A DNA stretch of 64,000 bases from an uncultured Rivularia sp. (GCA_963665115.1 OY762007.1:8448001-8512000); one strand, 5' to 3'; positions 1 through 10,490 are shown, counted from the first letter of the stretch. Program-made: numbers and translations. Notes: generated by a model from the sequence alone, not told the origin.

Positions 1-5
1 GTTAT

Positions 6-1265
6 ATGGTTTTCTTCTATAAAATATTATCAATATTACTATCTATTACATTATTAATTATTTCTTCCTTAATTTTTCCCAATCACGCATCAGCATCACC
101 TATAAAAACTCTATACTTAGCTCAATTTCATAATTCGGTTAAATCTATGACTCCAGAAGCAACTTTAGAAAAATTATTTACCAGCGAAGATATCAAAGCA
201 GAATGGTTTGCGTCGGAATTTTTAGCACAGGTACCTATAAATCAAATCAATGCCATAGTTAGCGGTGTTAAAAATCAACTAGGAACCTATCAAGGAGTTG
301 AAAAAGATGGTAATGATTATGTAGTGAATTTTAGTCAAGGTTCGGTTCCAACCAAAATAGCTTTAAATAACAAAGGACAGATAACAGGATTACTGTTGCA
401 ACCAGGCTTAAAAATTAGTAGTTTATCAGAGGCGATCGCCGAATTCAAAAAACTACCCGGTAAAGTTGGCTTTATAGTAAAAGAAAATTCTGCAATTATT
501 GCCGATTTAAATGCGAAAACACCTTTAGCTATTGGTTCAGCTTTTAAATTAGCTGTTCTCAAAACATTAAAATTGCAAATCGCTTCCGGACAAAAATCGT
601 GGACAGATATAGTTAGTTTACAATCGGAAGACAAAAGTTTACCATCTGGAATATTACAAACTTGGCCGGATAATTCACCCTTGACGCTGCAAACGCTGGC
701 TAGTTTAATGATATCTCTGAGCGACAATACAGCTACAGATATTTTAATTAAACAAGTTGGAAGAGAATCTATCGAAACTAATTCATCAAATAATAATATC
801 CCTTTTCTAACAACACGCGAACTATTTATTTTAAAAGGTTCTCAAAATCGCAAATTACTACAGCGCTATCGTCAAAGCGATGAAAAACAACGTCGCGAAA
901 TATTAGCCGAATTAGACAATCAACCGCTTCCCGACGTACACGAATTTATTGATACTAATCCCAACGCATTAGATGTAGAATGGTTTTATAATGCCGAAGA
1001 ACTTTGCGAATTAATGCAAGAGGTTGCAGATTTATCCTTGATGAGCATTAATCCTGGAATTGCCAACCCAAAGGATTGGGAAAAAGTTGCATTTAAAGGT
1101 GGTTCCGAACCCGGTGTTCTCAATTTTACAACTTGGTTAAAGGGGAAAAATGGTAAACAATACTGTGTAGTTGCCACTTGGAATAACAGCGATGCACCAG
1201 TAGATGAAGGAAAATTTGCGGCATTGTACGGTGGGGTGATTTCTTTTTTGGCTAATAGAATTTAA
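6..1265 (+). CDS. Secreted serine hydrolase, class A beta-lactamase-like, with N-terminal extra domain
   Basis: Signal peptide; SxxK (GSAFK), SDN (SDNTATD) and KGGS motifs. Confidence 0.85.
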   Translation: MVFFYKILSILLSITLLIISSLIFPNHASASPIKTLYLAQFHNSVKSMTPEATLEKLFTSEDIKAEWFASEFLAQVPINQINAIVSGVKNQLGTYQGVEKDGNDYVVNFSQGSVPTKIALNNKGQITGLLLQPGLKISSLSEAIAEFKKLPGKVGFIVKENSAIIADLNAKTPLAIGSAFKLAVLKTLKLQIASGQKSWTDIVSLQSEDKSLPSGILQTWPDNSPLTLQTLASLMISLSDNTATDILIKQVGRESIETNSSNNNIPFLTTRELFILKGSQNRKLLQRYRQSDEKQRREILAELDNQPLPDVHEFIDTNPNALDVEWFYNAEELCELMQEVADLSLMSINPGIANPKDWEKVAFKGGSEPGVLNFTTWLKGKNGKQYCVVATWNNSDAPVDEGKFAALYGGVISFLANRI

Positions 1266-1328
1266 AAGCTAATCGAATCCGAAAGCGTTTTAACTGATAT
1301 TTTGCATCGTTGTCAGTCAGCTTTCACA

Positions 1329-1495
1329 ACCGCCTCGGAATCAATTCCAAGGCTAATAGCTCAAGTCTACTCAAGTAGACTGAAGAGCTTACCCAGTCGT
1401 CAAAAGAGCGACTTCGTTTATGAGCCTGGAGAGCAGCGCGTTGCGGGGGTTTCCCCCCGTTGTAGCGACTGCGGAGAATTTATTCCAAGGCGTTA
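1329..1495. repeat. Imperfect palindromic dispersed repeat carrying a nested 40-bp mini element
   Basis: Arms GCCTCGGAATCAATTCCAAGGC and GAATTTATTCCAAGGCG; insert 1433-1472 flanked by GGAGA direct repeats. Confidence 0.6.
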
Positions 1496-1506
1496 ACGGT
1501 TATGAG

Positions 1507-1750
1507 TTACAAGTTGCGACTGATAACTGTATTTCGCAACTTCTTCCCTTGGATATAAACCCATACGATTGATGAAGGAAGGGGGTTTTCGGGATGAATT
1601 AACAGAAAATCGGCATCGTATCCGGGAGCGATTGTACCTTTTTTTTTCGAGTCCGATTGCTGCTGCTGGACGACTTGATACCAATTCCCAGGCTTTTCTA
1701 AAGACATTAAACCTTTGGAATGTAGATTCAAAATTGGAAACTGTTCGCTC
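1507..1750 (-). pseudogene. C-terminal fragment of a metallo-amidohydrolase (PhnM-like)
   Basis: LVSSRPAAAIGLEKK joins by frameshift to KGTIAPGYDADFLLI...VYIQGK, the usual amidohydrolase C-terminal motif; no 5' part. Confidence 0.6.
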
Positions 1751-2626
1751 TTAAGCTTTAACCTGTAATAATTGTTCGCGCAAACTTAAAGGTGCATAGC
1801 CTAATTCAAAAGCTTTGGAGCTATCGAGAGAAACATCACTAGCCCTTGGTGCTGCCATTTTGACATCTTTTTGCTGGCTAGCTTCAATTTTAGCGCCGGG
1901 AATTGCAAATATTTCTACTAATAAAGCACCAAAATCATAACGGGAAATTCTTTCTGTTCCACCAAGATGAATAATTCCTTGCACCTTCTCTAAAGCTAAC
2001 AATAATCCCTCAGCAGCAGTTTTTCCATTTACCGGAGTACGAAATTCATCTACAAATAACTTTAATTCTTTTCCTTCTTGAAGCGTTTTGAGAAATGATT
2101 GTAAAAAACTAGTCGCTGTAGGAGTCGCATCACCAAACATTAAAGGCATTCGGCAAATTGCAGCTTGCGGATAACATTCCAACATCCCAACTTCCGCCAT
2201 AACCTTATGCTCGCCGTAAATATTCACCGGATTTACGCTATCTGTTTCTTTATAAAAACCCTTCACACCATCAAACACCAAATCCGTTGAAGTGAAAACG
2301 CACTTGATTGAATTATCAGCACACAATCCCGCAATATTCAAAGATGCCGTAACATTAATTGAGCGCGATTCTTCTTGATGAGTTTGACAATAATTGGGTT
2401 GAGATAATGCTGCGGAATGGATAACTGCTGATGGTTGAATTTCTTCAAATACCCTTTTAAGTTCCGCGAAATCGGTTAAATCAACTTTCACCAACTTGCT
2501 TCCTGGAATTTCTAAGCTGTGAGAAAAATAGGTTCCATATACATCCCATTCCTTTTTTGCTAATTCACATAAATGCCATCCTAGAAACCCGCTTGCGCCG
2601 GTAATTAAAAGCTTTTGCATAATCAA
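1751..2626 (-). CDS. dTDP-4-dehydrorhamnose reductase-like SDR (RmlD family)
   Basis: ITGASGFLG, STDLVFDG and YGEHK motifs. Confidence 0.85.
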   Translation of the reverse strand: MIMQKLLITGASGFLGWHLCELAKKEWDVYGTYFSHSLEIPGSKLVKVDLTDFAELKRVFEEIQPSAVIHSAALSQPNYCQTHQEESRSINVTASLNIAGLCADNSIKCVFTSTDLVFDGVKGFYKETDSVNPVNIYGEHKVMAEVGMLECYPQAAICRMPLMFGDATPTATSFLQSFLKTLQEGKELKLFVDEFRTPVNGKTAAEGLLLALEKVQGIIHLGGTERISRYDFGALLVEIFAIPGAKIEASQQKDVKMAAPRASDVSLDSSKAFELGYAPLSLREQLLQVKA

Positions 2627-2718
2627 TTATCAATTATCAATCATCAATTAAGTTAGTAGCGTGTCATAACCCAACGTTACCATTATAGATACATCAAAAT
2701 ATTGTTCGTTGTTAACTG

Positions 2719-3300
2719 TTAACTGTTAACTGCTAACTGCTCAAATTCAACATCTTCGTAAATTTCCGCCATCGTAATTTCAATGTTAACTGAGTGTAAT
2801 TTCAAGATACTGTCTTGAGTTAAAGTTTCCAACAGCCAGTTATTTTGATAAACTTTGCGATAAACCTCTACTTTTGCTTCTGATTGATGAACTAAAATAT
2901 ACTCTTGTAAACTGGGTATTTGTCGATAATTAAATAATTTTTCATTACGATCTATACGCTCTGTTGTTGGTGAAATAACTTCCGCAATCAAACAAGGATG
3001 AGACTTGAAATATATTTCTCTATCTTGAGAGTCTTTAACAACCGATACTTCTGGATAATAAAAAGCATTCATAGATTCAATTCGTACTTTCATATCAGAT
3101 GAAAAAACCTGACAATCAGTACCGTACAGTTGGGTACGCAATCTTGCAAATAGATTTTCAGCAATGAACTTTAAATTATGAGAATCTCCCAGTACCGGAT
3201 AAATCTGTCCTGCAATATATTCGTAACGAACTAGACTTTCTAAATCGAATTGCAAATATTCATCAATAGTTGAATCAACATATTTAGGTTGAGAATACAT
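2719..3300 (-). CDS. Uma2 family endonuclease (DUF820)
   Basis: RYEYIAGQI, SDMKV, AEVISPTTERIDRNEK, YRQIPSLQEY; probable start MYSQPK at 3300. Confidence 0.85.
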   Translation of the reverse strand: MYSQPKYVDSTIDEYLQFDLESLVRYEYIAGQIYPVLGDSHNLKFIAENLFARLRTQLYGTDCQVFSSDMKVRIESMNAFYYPEVSVVKDSQDREIYFKSHPCLIAEVISPTTERIDRNEKLFNYRQIPSLQEYILVHQSEAKVEVYRKVYQNNWLLETLTQDSILKLHSVNIEITMAEIYEDVEFEQLAVNS

Positions 3301-3483
3301 GGTTATGAAAAGTACGGTAATATCACTTATCATACCGATAAATAAAAATAATTTAATGTCTATTTTATTCAAAAATATTAACTATCTTTTTATCTTTTTA
3401 TCTTTTTTTATACATAGGGGAAAATTGGGAGATGGGGGGACAAGGGGACAAGGGGACAAGGAGAAATTAACTCGTTACTCCCT

Positions 3484-3546
3484 AATTACCAATTCCCAAT
3501 CCCCAATCCCCTATGCCCAATCCCCAATCCCCAATCCCCAATCCCC
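3484..3546. repeat. STRR-type heptamer tandem repeat (CCCCAAT-like)
   Basis: Direct reading; typical of Nostocales intergenic DNA. Confidence 0.85.
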
Positions 3547-4283
3547 TAATTAAGCAATTCTTGAAATTCTTGGGTATTGCGTACTTTAGCAAAATCTGGA
3601 TCGGTTTTTGCTAATTTTTCGTATTTACCTGGAATTAGTTTCATTGCTTTTTGCAGATTGCTAATTGCTGAATCAGTATTTTTTTGCAAAGCATAGGTGC
3701 AGGCTTTGTTGTAATATGCTTGATGTTTGTCGGGTTTAATTGCAATAGCTTTGTCGTAGGATGCTAAAGCTCGCTCGTATTGCTGCAATTGAGTTAAGGC
3801 AATGCCTCTATTAATCCAAGCTTCGTACTTGTCGGGTTTGATTGCAATGGCTTTGTCGTAAGATTTTTCAGCTTCTTGGTAGAGACGCATCGCTGATAAA
3901 GCATTTCCTCGGTTGTACCATGCTTCATCTCTGTTTGGATCGATGGCGATCGCCCTATCGTAGGAGCCTAAAGCTTGCCCGTATCGCTGCAAACTAGAAT
4001 AAGCATTTCCCCTGTTAATCCAAGCTTCAACGTTATCGGGTACAGCCATCACAACTCTGTCGTATATGGCGATCGCCTCTTGATAGCGATTCGCTTCTAA
4101 GAATTTATTTCCTTGAGCAAAAAGTTCTTCTGTCTGCTTAACAGAGTCTTGTTTAGACAACCGAGCGTTGGTTTCTTGCACAACTTTGTTGTCACCCTGT
4201 CTCGTTGATTCTGCTAAATCGCTACAACCAATTATCAAGAATGCAGTTAAGCCAGAGGCAACAAAACGGCTACAAAATGCCAT
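3546..4283 (-). CDS. TPR repeat lipoprotein
   Basis: Lipobox IIGC; repeated EAWxNRG...A..SYDKAIAI.P units. Confidence 0.85.
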   Translation of the reverse strand: MAFCSRFVASGLTAFLIIGCSDLAESTRQGDNKVVQETNARLSKQDSVKQTEELFAQGNKFLEANRYQEAIAIYDRVVMAVPDNVEAWINRGNAYSSLQRYGQALGSYDRAIAIDPNRDEAWYNRGNALSAMRLYQEAEKSYDKAIAIKPDKYEAWINRGIALTQLQQYERALASYDKAIAIKPDKHQAYYNKACTYALQKNTDSAISNLQKAMKLIPGKYEKLAKTDPDFAKVRNTQEFQELLN

Positions 4284-5011
4284 ATCGTATCCATAGAAAA
4301 CATAAAAATTATCCTAAATCTTTTTCTTGTCTTTAACAAGTATCTAGCAAAACTTATTAATTATTTAATTTGTTCTTTTTATAGTAAAATAATTTTCGTT
4401 AAATGCTTTTATCTTTTAAATAAAAAGCAAATCTTATCATATATAAGGTACTACAACACATTTTTGATAATTTTTTTGATTAATTATTTCATTAAAATTT
4501 ATACAGACTTACACTTTTCTGATTTATGCAGAGCTTCTTATATAAAAGGTTTGAGGGATTTAAACTCTAATAGTTTAACTATTTCTTTAGTTTCTTAAGT
4601 CATATAGATATAACCCGCAAACAGGTTGAGAGTATCTATTAAATAGTTAACAAAAATTGTATTGTAACAACATACACATACGATCAACTATTAATTAAAC
4701 TAGGTTGAAATCCGAATAAATATAACAAAGTAGCTTTAATTTATACACGATTTATTTTGTTTGTCAAATTGGAAATAGACCCTGACAATAATTAACACGC
4801 CTTTTTGAATGATTTTAAATTACTAGTAAGTAAACAGTAATACTTCTAAATATACAATTATCAAAGTTGGAACATTGAAAAATATTTGATATAAATGTTA
4901 AAAATAGTACCGTTACCTGTTGATCGTAAAACAGAAAGATAACTCCTGAATTCTCAAAACTTTTCCTATGCACAACGCGCCATTTAGTACTGCTGATGCC
5001 AAAATATAATC

Positions 5012-6340
5012 ATGTCAATTGAATCCAACTCCCACTCATCACAGTCTCGGGGCCAGCAACCCGCATCCGACGACAAATGGCAACCGGATGAATTTGAGAG
5101 TCTAACAAGTACAGACCAGTTACCCAGCGGGCTTACCGCTCAACAAGTAAACTCAGCTATAGCTTCGGTGCAGTCGCAACAAAACACGGCTGCCCTACAG
5201 CAAGCACGTTCCACATTTTCTGATGACAGTTCCACAGAACTGCAAGTAACGCCGCAAGCATTATTAATAACCTTATTTACAACTTTAGTAACGGTAGTTG
5301 GAATAGCCATAAATCAACCAGTAATTGGCATTACAGGAACCGTATTCACTTTAATATTATCAGTAATAATACTATTACCGTGGTTCCGAACTGTTGTTAT
5401 CGAGATGCTGACACCCAAACAGCGAGCGTTAATAATTGCTTTTCTGGGTATAACCGTCGCAGTCGCAGGCTTAGTCAAATTTATTCCTGGCCCAATCGAC
5501 TGGGATGTTTCGGGAACTTTAGCTGATTGGTTTGGAGCTTTAGGACAAATTCTTATAGCCATTGTTGCGGTTTATGTTGCTTGGCGACAGTATGTCATCT
5601 CCAAAGATTTAACAATTCAGCAAAATTTACTTACAATTCAGCAAAATAATATTACCCAGCAGCAGACAATCGATACATATTTTCAAGGCATTTCTGATTT
5701 AGTATTAGACGAAGAAGGATTATTAGAAGATTGGCCTCAAGAAAGATTGCTAGCAGAAGGGCGTACCGCTTCAATTTTGAGCAGCGTTGACTCAGTTGGT
5801 AAAGCTAAAATTATCCGCTTCTTATCTCGTTCCAAATTATTGACACCACTAAAGCGCGACGCACATCTAGGTAGAGCAATTCTTGACGGTAGCGGGGGAT
5901 ATGCAGTTGACTTACTTGCAGGAGTGCGCGTAATTGACTTAGGAGTAATGCTAGCAGGTGCGAACCTTGCCAACACGGATTTGCGGTGGACAGATTTGAG
6001 TGAAGCCAACCTAGTACGCGCTAACTTGAATAACTGTGACTTAGTAAAAGCCAACCTTTGCCGCACCATATTATATGAAGCTAATTTATCAGCAGCCGAC
6101 TTAAACGCAACCAAAATATTTTACGGCTCCTTAGAAAAAGCATCACCCCGCAGTCGTTTATATCCACCCGATTATAGAACCGGAGAGCGCACCGGAGCAG
6201 TAGTAGAAAAAGCTAATTTTACCAACGTCAAAAGGATGTCCCCAGCCAACCGACATTATTGTTGCAATTGGTGCGGCGAAGAAAGTAGAAAAACAATTCC
6301 CGGTGGTTGTGAAGGAATTGAAAATAAATTGGGGAGGTGA
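5012..6340 (+). CDS. Membrane-anchored pentapeptide repeat protein
   Basis: N-terminal TM helices; A(N/D)Lxx repeats near the C-terminus. Confidence 0.85.
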   Translation: MSIESNSHSSQSRGQQPASDDKWQPDEFESLTSTDQLPSGLTAQQVNSAIASVQSQQNTAALQQARSTFSDDSSTELQVTPQALLITLFTTLVTVVGIAINQPVIGITGTVFTLILSVIILLPWFRTVVIEMLTPKQRALIIAFLGITVAVAGLVKFIPGPIDWDVSGTLADWFGALGQILIAIVAVYVAWRQYVISKDLTIQQNLLTIQQNNITQQQTIDTYFQGISDLVLDEEGLLEDWPQERLLAEGRTASILSSVDSVGKAKIIRFLSRSKLLTPLKRDAHLGRAILDGSGGYAVDLLAGVRVIDLGVMLAGANLANTDLRWTDLSEANLVRANLNNCDLVKANLCRTILYEANLSAADLNATKIFYGSLEKASPRSRLYPPDYRTGERTGAVVEKANFTNVKRMSPANRHYCCNWCGEESRKTIPGGCEGIENKLGR

Positions 6341-6343
6341 TTT

Positions 6344-6417
6344 GATTGGTAATTGGTAATTGGTAATTGGTAATTGGTAATTGATAATTGATAATTGGTA
6401 ATTGGTAATTGGTAATT
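6344..6417. repeat. STRR heptamer tandem repeat (TTGGTAA/TTGATAA)
   Basis: Direct reading; about ten units. Confidence 0.9.
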
Positions 6418-7027
6418 TGTAGGTTGGGTGAAACGGAGTGGAACCCAACATTATCTCGAAAGCTAAACCAAAATATTGAATACCTAATAGCCCGCTTTAG
6501 CCGCGCATTTTCCATCTTTGTTCAAAATGAATATCGCAACCTTTCAAAAACCTAATTCAAAAAGCAGTCTTGAATCAGTTGTGAGTATCATTAGTGAAGA
6601 TTTAAGCTACTGCGATAGTCGAAGTATTGATATTGTTTGCTTTCCTGAATGCTATTTAACTGGTTATTACCTAAAAAAGGAAGATATCGAGCAAAATGCT
6701 ATTTCACTTAAAAGTTCTCAGTTTCTTTCACTTCTACAAACTTGGTCAGATTCCAAAGTAACCTTTATTCTTGGATTAATTGAGAAAAATACGAGAGGTT
6801 ACTTCAATTCTGCTGCTGTCATATCTCAGGGTAAATTATTAGGCTGTTACCGCAAAACATACCCTAATGGAAAATACTTTCTGGCTGGTGAGAGTTATCC
6901 TGTGTTTATAAGGGGTACAACTTTTGGTATTAACATTTGCAATGATGCAAATTATCCATATGCGGCTAATCAGTATCCGCTCAAAAAAATGGGGTAAAGG
7001 TACACCTTGCGTCGTAGAATATGAAGC

Positions 7028-8716
7028 ATGACGCAAAAACGATCATCTAAAAAATTAGTCACAGCATTATTGCAATCAATCGACCCAAAACAGATTGCAG
7101 ACGAGGACGTGCGTCAAACGGTAGAAGTATTACTCAACTTAATAGAACAGCTAAATGTAAAAATCAAAGAATTAGAAGAAGAAAATCAAAAACTACGTGA
7201 TGAAAACAACCGCTTAAAAGGTGAACAAGGTAAACCAGACATCAAAGCGAATAAAAACAAAGGGTTTAAGAAAAACTATTCATCAGAAAAAGAACGAAAA
7301 ATAGCAAAAGAACACAGTAAAGCAAGTAAAAACGAGTCTATCAAGATAAACCGAGAAGAGATTGTAGTTTACCCACAAGAACAATTACCAGCAGACGCAC
7401 AGTTCAAGGGTTATGAGGAAGTAGTAGTCCAAGACATTTTACTTAAGCCAGATAACATACTGTTCCGCAAGCAAAAATACTACTCACCAGAAACAGGAAA
7501 AACTTATTTAGCGGAACTACCAACAGGTTACGAAGGTGAATTTGGTCCAGGAGTAAAAGCTTTGGTCATGAGTCTATATTATGGTGGAAACATGACCCAA
7601 GGGAAGTTATTAGAATTTTTAGAAGATATTGGTATCTCGATTAGTGCAGGAACAATATCAAATTTATTAATTAAAAACCAAGAATATTTTGAAGCTGAAT
7701 ACGAAGAAGTATACAAGGAAGGGTTAGCCAGCAGTCCTTGGCAACACTTTGACCAAACAGGTGCGCGTGTTGCAGGAGTGAACCATACAACAAATGTGAT
7801 TTGTAACCCCTTGTACACAATTTACCAAACAACGCGATACAAAGACCGTTTGACTGTATTAAAAGTATTTCAAAACACAACCGAACTCTCCTTTGTTCTC
7901 AACGAGATGACCTATGAACTTTTGGAGACTTTTAAAGTTCCAATTAAGTGGGTTAATAAACTAAAATTACTATCTCAACAGAAGGCTTTTACCGAAACTG
8001 AGTTTAATTTTTTGATTGGTGAGTACTTAAGTAGACTTGGTTCTCAACACCGTTCTCGCATATATGAATCGGCAGCAATTGCTTTTTATCATCAGCAATC
8101 AACTGTACCAGTAATTACAACTCTAGTATGCGATGATGCTCCGCAGTTCAAGTTAATAACATCGGATTTGGCTCTTTGTTGGGTGCATGAAGGACGACAT
8201 TATAAGAAATTAAGTCCGCTTATACCTTGCCATCAAAAACTTTTAGATAATTTTCTAGAAAGATTCTGGGAATATTACAGAAAATTATTATCTTATCGAG
8301 ATTCTCCAAGTTGGGATAAAGCTCACGAACTAGAAATGGAATTTTGGACACTTTTTACAGAAAAAAGTGGTTATCAACAGTTAGATGAGCGAAAACGATT
8401 AACTACTTTGAAAGTAAACGAGTTGCTTCTCGTGTTGGAGCATCCAGAATTACTATTGCATAACAACCCTGCCGAATTAGCTGCTAGGACTATGGTACAA
8501 CGACGTAACATCAGTTACGCAACCCAGACAAAACAAGGCACAAAAGCGTGGGATGTTTTTATGTCCCTTGTTGACACTACTCGTAAGTTGGGTATCAGTT
8601 TTTATGAGTATATGCGTGACCGCATTTCTCAAGTTGAAAATATTCCATCTTTGGGGACAATTATTCGGAAGAAATCTTCTTCTAATTCCTATGGTTGGTC
8701 ATGGATGCCTCAATAA
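7028..8716 (+). CDS. IS66-like DDE transposase
   Basis: N-terminal coiled coil; HFDQTG, VCDDAPQF, LCWVHEGRH and HNNPAELAAR motifs; lies inside the TIR/TSD-bounded element. Confidence 0.88.
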   Translation: MTQKRSSKKLVTALLQSIDPKQIADEDVRQTVEVLLNLIEQLNVKIKELEEENQKLRDENNRLKGEQGKPDIKANKNKGFKKNYSSEKERKIAKEHSKASKNESIKINREEIVVYPQEQLPADAQFKGYEEVVVQDILLKPDNILFRKQKYYSPETGKTYLAELPTGYEGEFGPGVKALVMSLYYGGNMTQGKLLEFLEDIGISISAGTISNLLIKNQEYFEAEYEEVYKEGLASSPWQHFDQTGARVAGVNHTTNVICNPLYTIYQTTRYKDRLTVLKVFQNTTELSFVLNEMTYELLETFKVPIKWVNKLKLLSQQKAFTETEFNFLIGEYLSRLGSQHRSRIYESAAIAFYHQQSTVPVITTLVCDDAPQFKLITSDLALCWVHEGRHYKKLSPLIPCHQKLLDNFLERFWEYYRKLLSYRDSPSWDKAHELEMEFWTLFTEKSGYQQLDERKRLTTLKVNELLLVLEHPELLLHNNPAELAARTMVQRRNISYATQTKQGTKAWDVFMSLVDTTRKLGISFYEYMRDRISQVENIPSLGTIIRKKSSSNSYGWSWMPQ

Positions 8717-8944
8717 CACCCCTGTATATTAAGACTGTGCTAAACCCTCATATCCTTGGTTGTAGAATACTGTAAAGTGCATGGATTAACCACATCTATT
8801 TCTTCATAGTTTTTATAAGCGATTGAAACTTTTTTAGTTACTTTGATAGCATATTTACAATTTACCTTATTTGCAACTTCCGCTATTAATCAATTTCTTG
8901 ATTTTGATTATTTTTATTTATTTGTTGCTCTCACGAGAGATCCA

Positions 8945-9087
8945 GCAACTGGGGAAGATTTGGCGGCGACAGCGGAGTGCCAGGTGGGGGCACGATTATT
9001 TTCTGTGCCTATGTAAAATCTATCTGCCCCTACCTGGTACCGTCAAATCAGCGTAGCGGTTCCCCAGTTGCGCCGCTGCTTTTTTTT
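8945..9087. other. Long GC-rich stem-loop in the IS 3' non-coding region (candidate structured RNA)
   Basis: 8945-8956 pairs with 9060-9071, 8957-8966 with 9040-9049, 8977-8992 with 9025-9040; followed by a T run. Confidence 0.6.
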
Positions 9088-9627
9088 ATCGTAGTTGACA
9101 TTCAAGACAGCCGATACCCCGAAATTTTGAGGGGATACGCTAATCAGTTAGCAAAGCAAGGTGCAAAGATACTGTTTTACCCACTTAACAACTTTCTTCC
9201 CAAAAATATAGCGGACAAGTGGCGCTTAAAGAGTCCTGATAATTTACAAAAGCGTGCCCAAGAAAATGGGTGCTGGGTTGTTTCGTCAGATGTTGTAGGA
9301 AGTGAAAGGGAGCGAATGAGCTACGGTTGTACACAAATCGTTTCACCGCTAGGGAAAGTTGTTGCTTTTGTACCAGAACTAAAGCAAGGTTTTGTATGTG
9401 CTAGTTTGTATAGTTTGTAGGGTGTATTGTTGTCACGGGAGCAACGTACCATTAAACCAAGAACAATAAAACGGTGCGTTAAACGGCAAACATAATTATT
9501 TTGTCACAATCGAAATTCTCTGTCTCGCCATAACACACCCTACTAGTAAACGATTTCAATTGCCGGGTATTTATATTATAAAAGTGTATTATAAAAGGTA
9601 GTTTACCTCAAAGTTATTAAGAGATTT

Positions 9628-10194
9628 ATGGCATATCTTTGGTTTAAATCATTTCACATTATTGGTGTTGTAGCATGGTTTGCAGGCTTATTTTATTTAC
9701 CACGACTCTTCATTTACCACATTGAAGCCGAAGAACGTCAAGAACCTGTAAAAAGCGCTTTAAAAGAAGAATATAATCGTATAGAGAAACTGCTGTATAA
9801 ATTAATTATGATGCCAGCAATGATATTTACAATTGTTATGGCGATCGCAATTATTTCGACTGAGCCAGATATATTAAAACAAACTTGGCTACATATAAAA
9901 CTTTTCTTCGTAGCATTGTTAGTCGGATTTCATTTTTACTGTGGAAGATTAATTCGTCAGTTGGAGACAGAAACTTGCTCTATCAACAGTTTACAAATGC
10001 GACGAATTAATGAAATACCTACTATTTTACTTGGATTAGTAGTGCTGCTAGCGATTTTTAAAAATACCTTACCAACAAGCATCGCAGCTTGGGGAACAGC
10101 AATAGTAATTTCTATTTTTGCAATTATTATTCAACTTTACGCACGCAAACGGCGCTTACAAAAACAAGAAGAATTAAACATTTCTAGTAGCTAG
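9628..10194 (+). CDS. hemJ: Protoporphyrinogen oxidase HemJ
   Basis: YLWFKSFHIIGVVAWFAGLFYLPRLFIYH, WLHIKL, RINEIPT. Confidence 0.9.
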   Translation: MAYLWFKSFHIIGVVAWFAGLFYLPRLFIYHIEAEERQEPVKSALKEEYNRIEKLLYKLIMMPAMIFTIVMAIAIISTEPDILKQTWLHIKLFFVALLVGFHFYCGRLIRQLETETCSINSLQMRRINEIPTILLGLVVLLAIFKNTLPTSIAAWGTAIVISIFAIIIQLYARKRRLQKQEELNISSS

Positions 10195-10312
10195 TAGGAT
10201 GTGTTGCTTGCAGCAAGCAACGAACCATTAAATTCAAAATCATAAAACGCTGCGTTAAGTACGAAACAGATGTATTTCTTCATAATCCGCCGAATCACTT
10301 TATAACCCCTGC

Positions 10313-10380
10313 CACGGTGGGTTTTGCCTGTGTAGCAGCGAAGCGCGTAGCGTGCCCGGAGGGCATATTGAATCGCCAGG
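10313..10380. repeat. Short dispersed repeat with related copies near 11836, 22925, 39852 and 45503 (inverted)
   Basis: Shared core GTGG(G/A)(T/C)TTTG..TGTGTAG..GCG...CGCC; this copy has an extra 26 nt at 10341-10366. Confidence 0.65.
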
Positions 10381-10420
10381 TATATAAAATTTTCGGCGTT
10401 GCTGATTAAAAGTATGAATT

Positions 10421-10490
10421 GCCCCCCAACCCCCAATTATGGGGGAGAAATATATTTTAAAGTCCCCCATAATTGGGGGATTTAGGGGGC
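10421..10490. repeat. Palindromic CCCCC-N-GGGGG dispersed repeat
   Basis: GCCCCCCAACCCCCAATTATGGGGGA ... TCCCCCATAATTGGGGGATTTAGGGGGC. Confidence 0.7.

Larger units (their letters stand above)
6973..9138 (+). mobile_element. IS66-like insertion sequence, single ORF, apparently complete
   Basis: 8-bp TSD GCTAATCA at 6965-6972 and 9139-9146; imperfect TIRs GTATCCGCTCAAAAAAATGGGGTA and GTATCCCCTCAAAATTTCGGGGTA. Confidence 0.9.
6527..9420 (+). pseudogene. Carbon-nitrogen hydrolase (nitrilase family) gene split by an IS
   Basis: FPEC, YRK and NICND (E-K-C triad) lie before 6972; frame resumes after 9138 as ANQLAKQGAKILFYP...YGCTQIVSPLG. Confidence 0.9.

Noticed and set aside
4284..5011. AT-rich 730-bp gap as a replication origin or NtcA-regulated region
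   Set aside because: I saw no DnaA-box cluster and no correctly spaced GTA-N8-TAC; consistent with a divergent promoter region.
6158..6515. ORFs reading ITNYQLP (also near 3299, 29683, 29871, 32679, 53967)
   Set aside because: Translations of heptamer tandem repeats, not credible genes.
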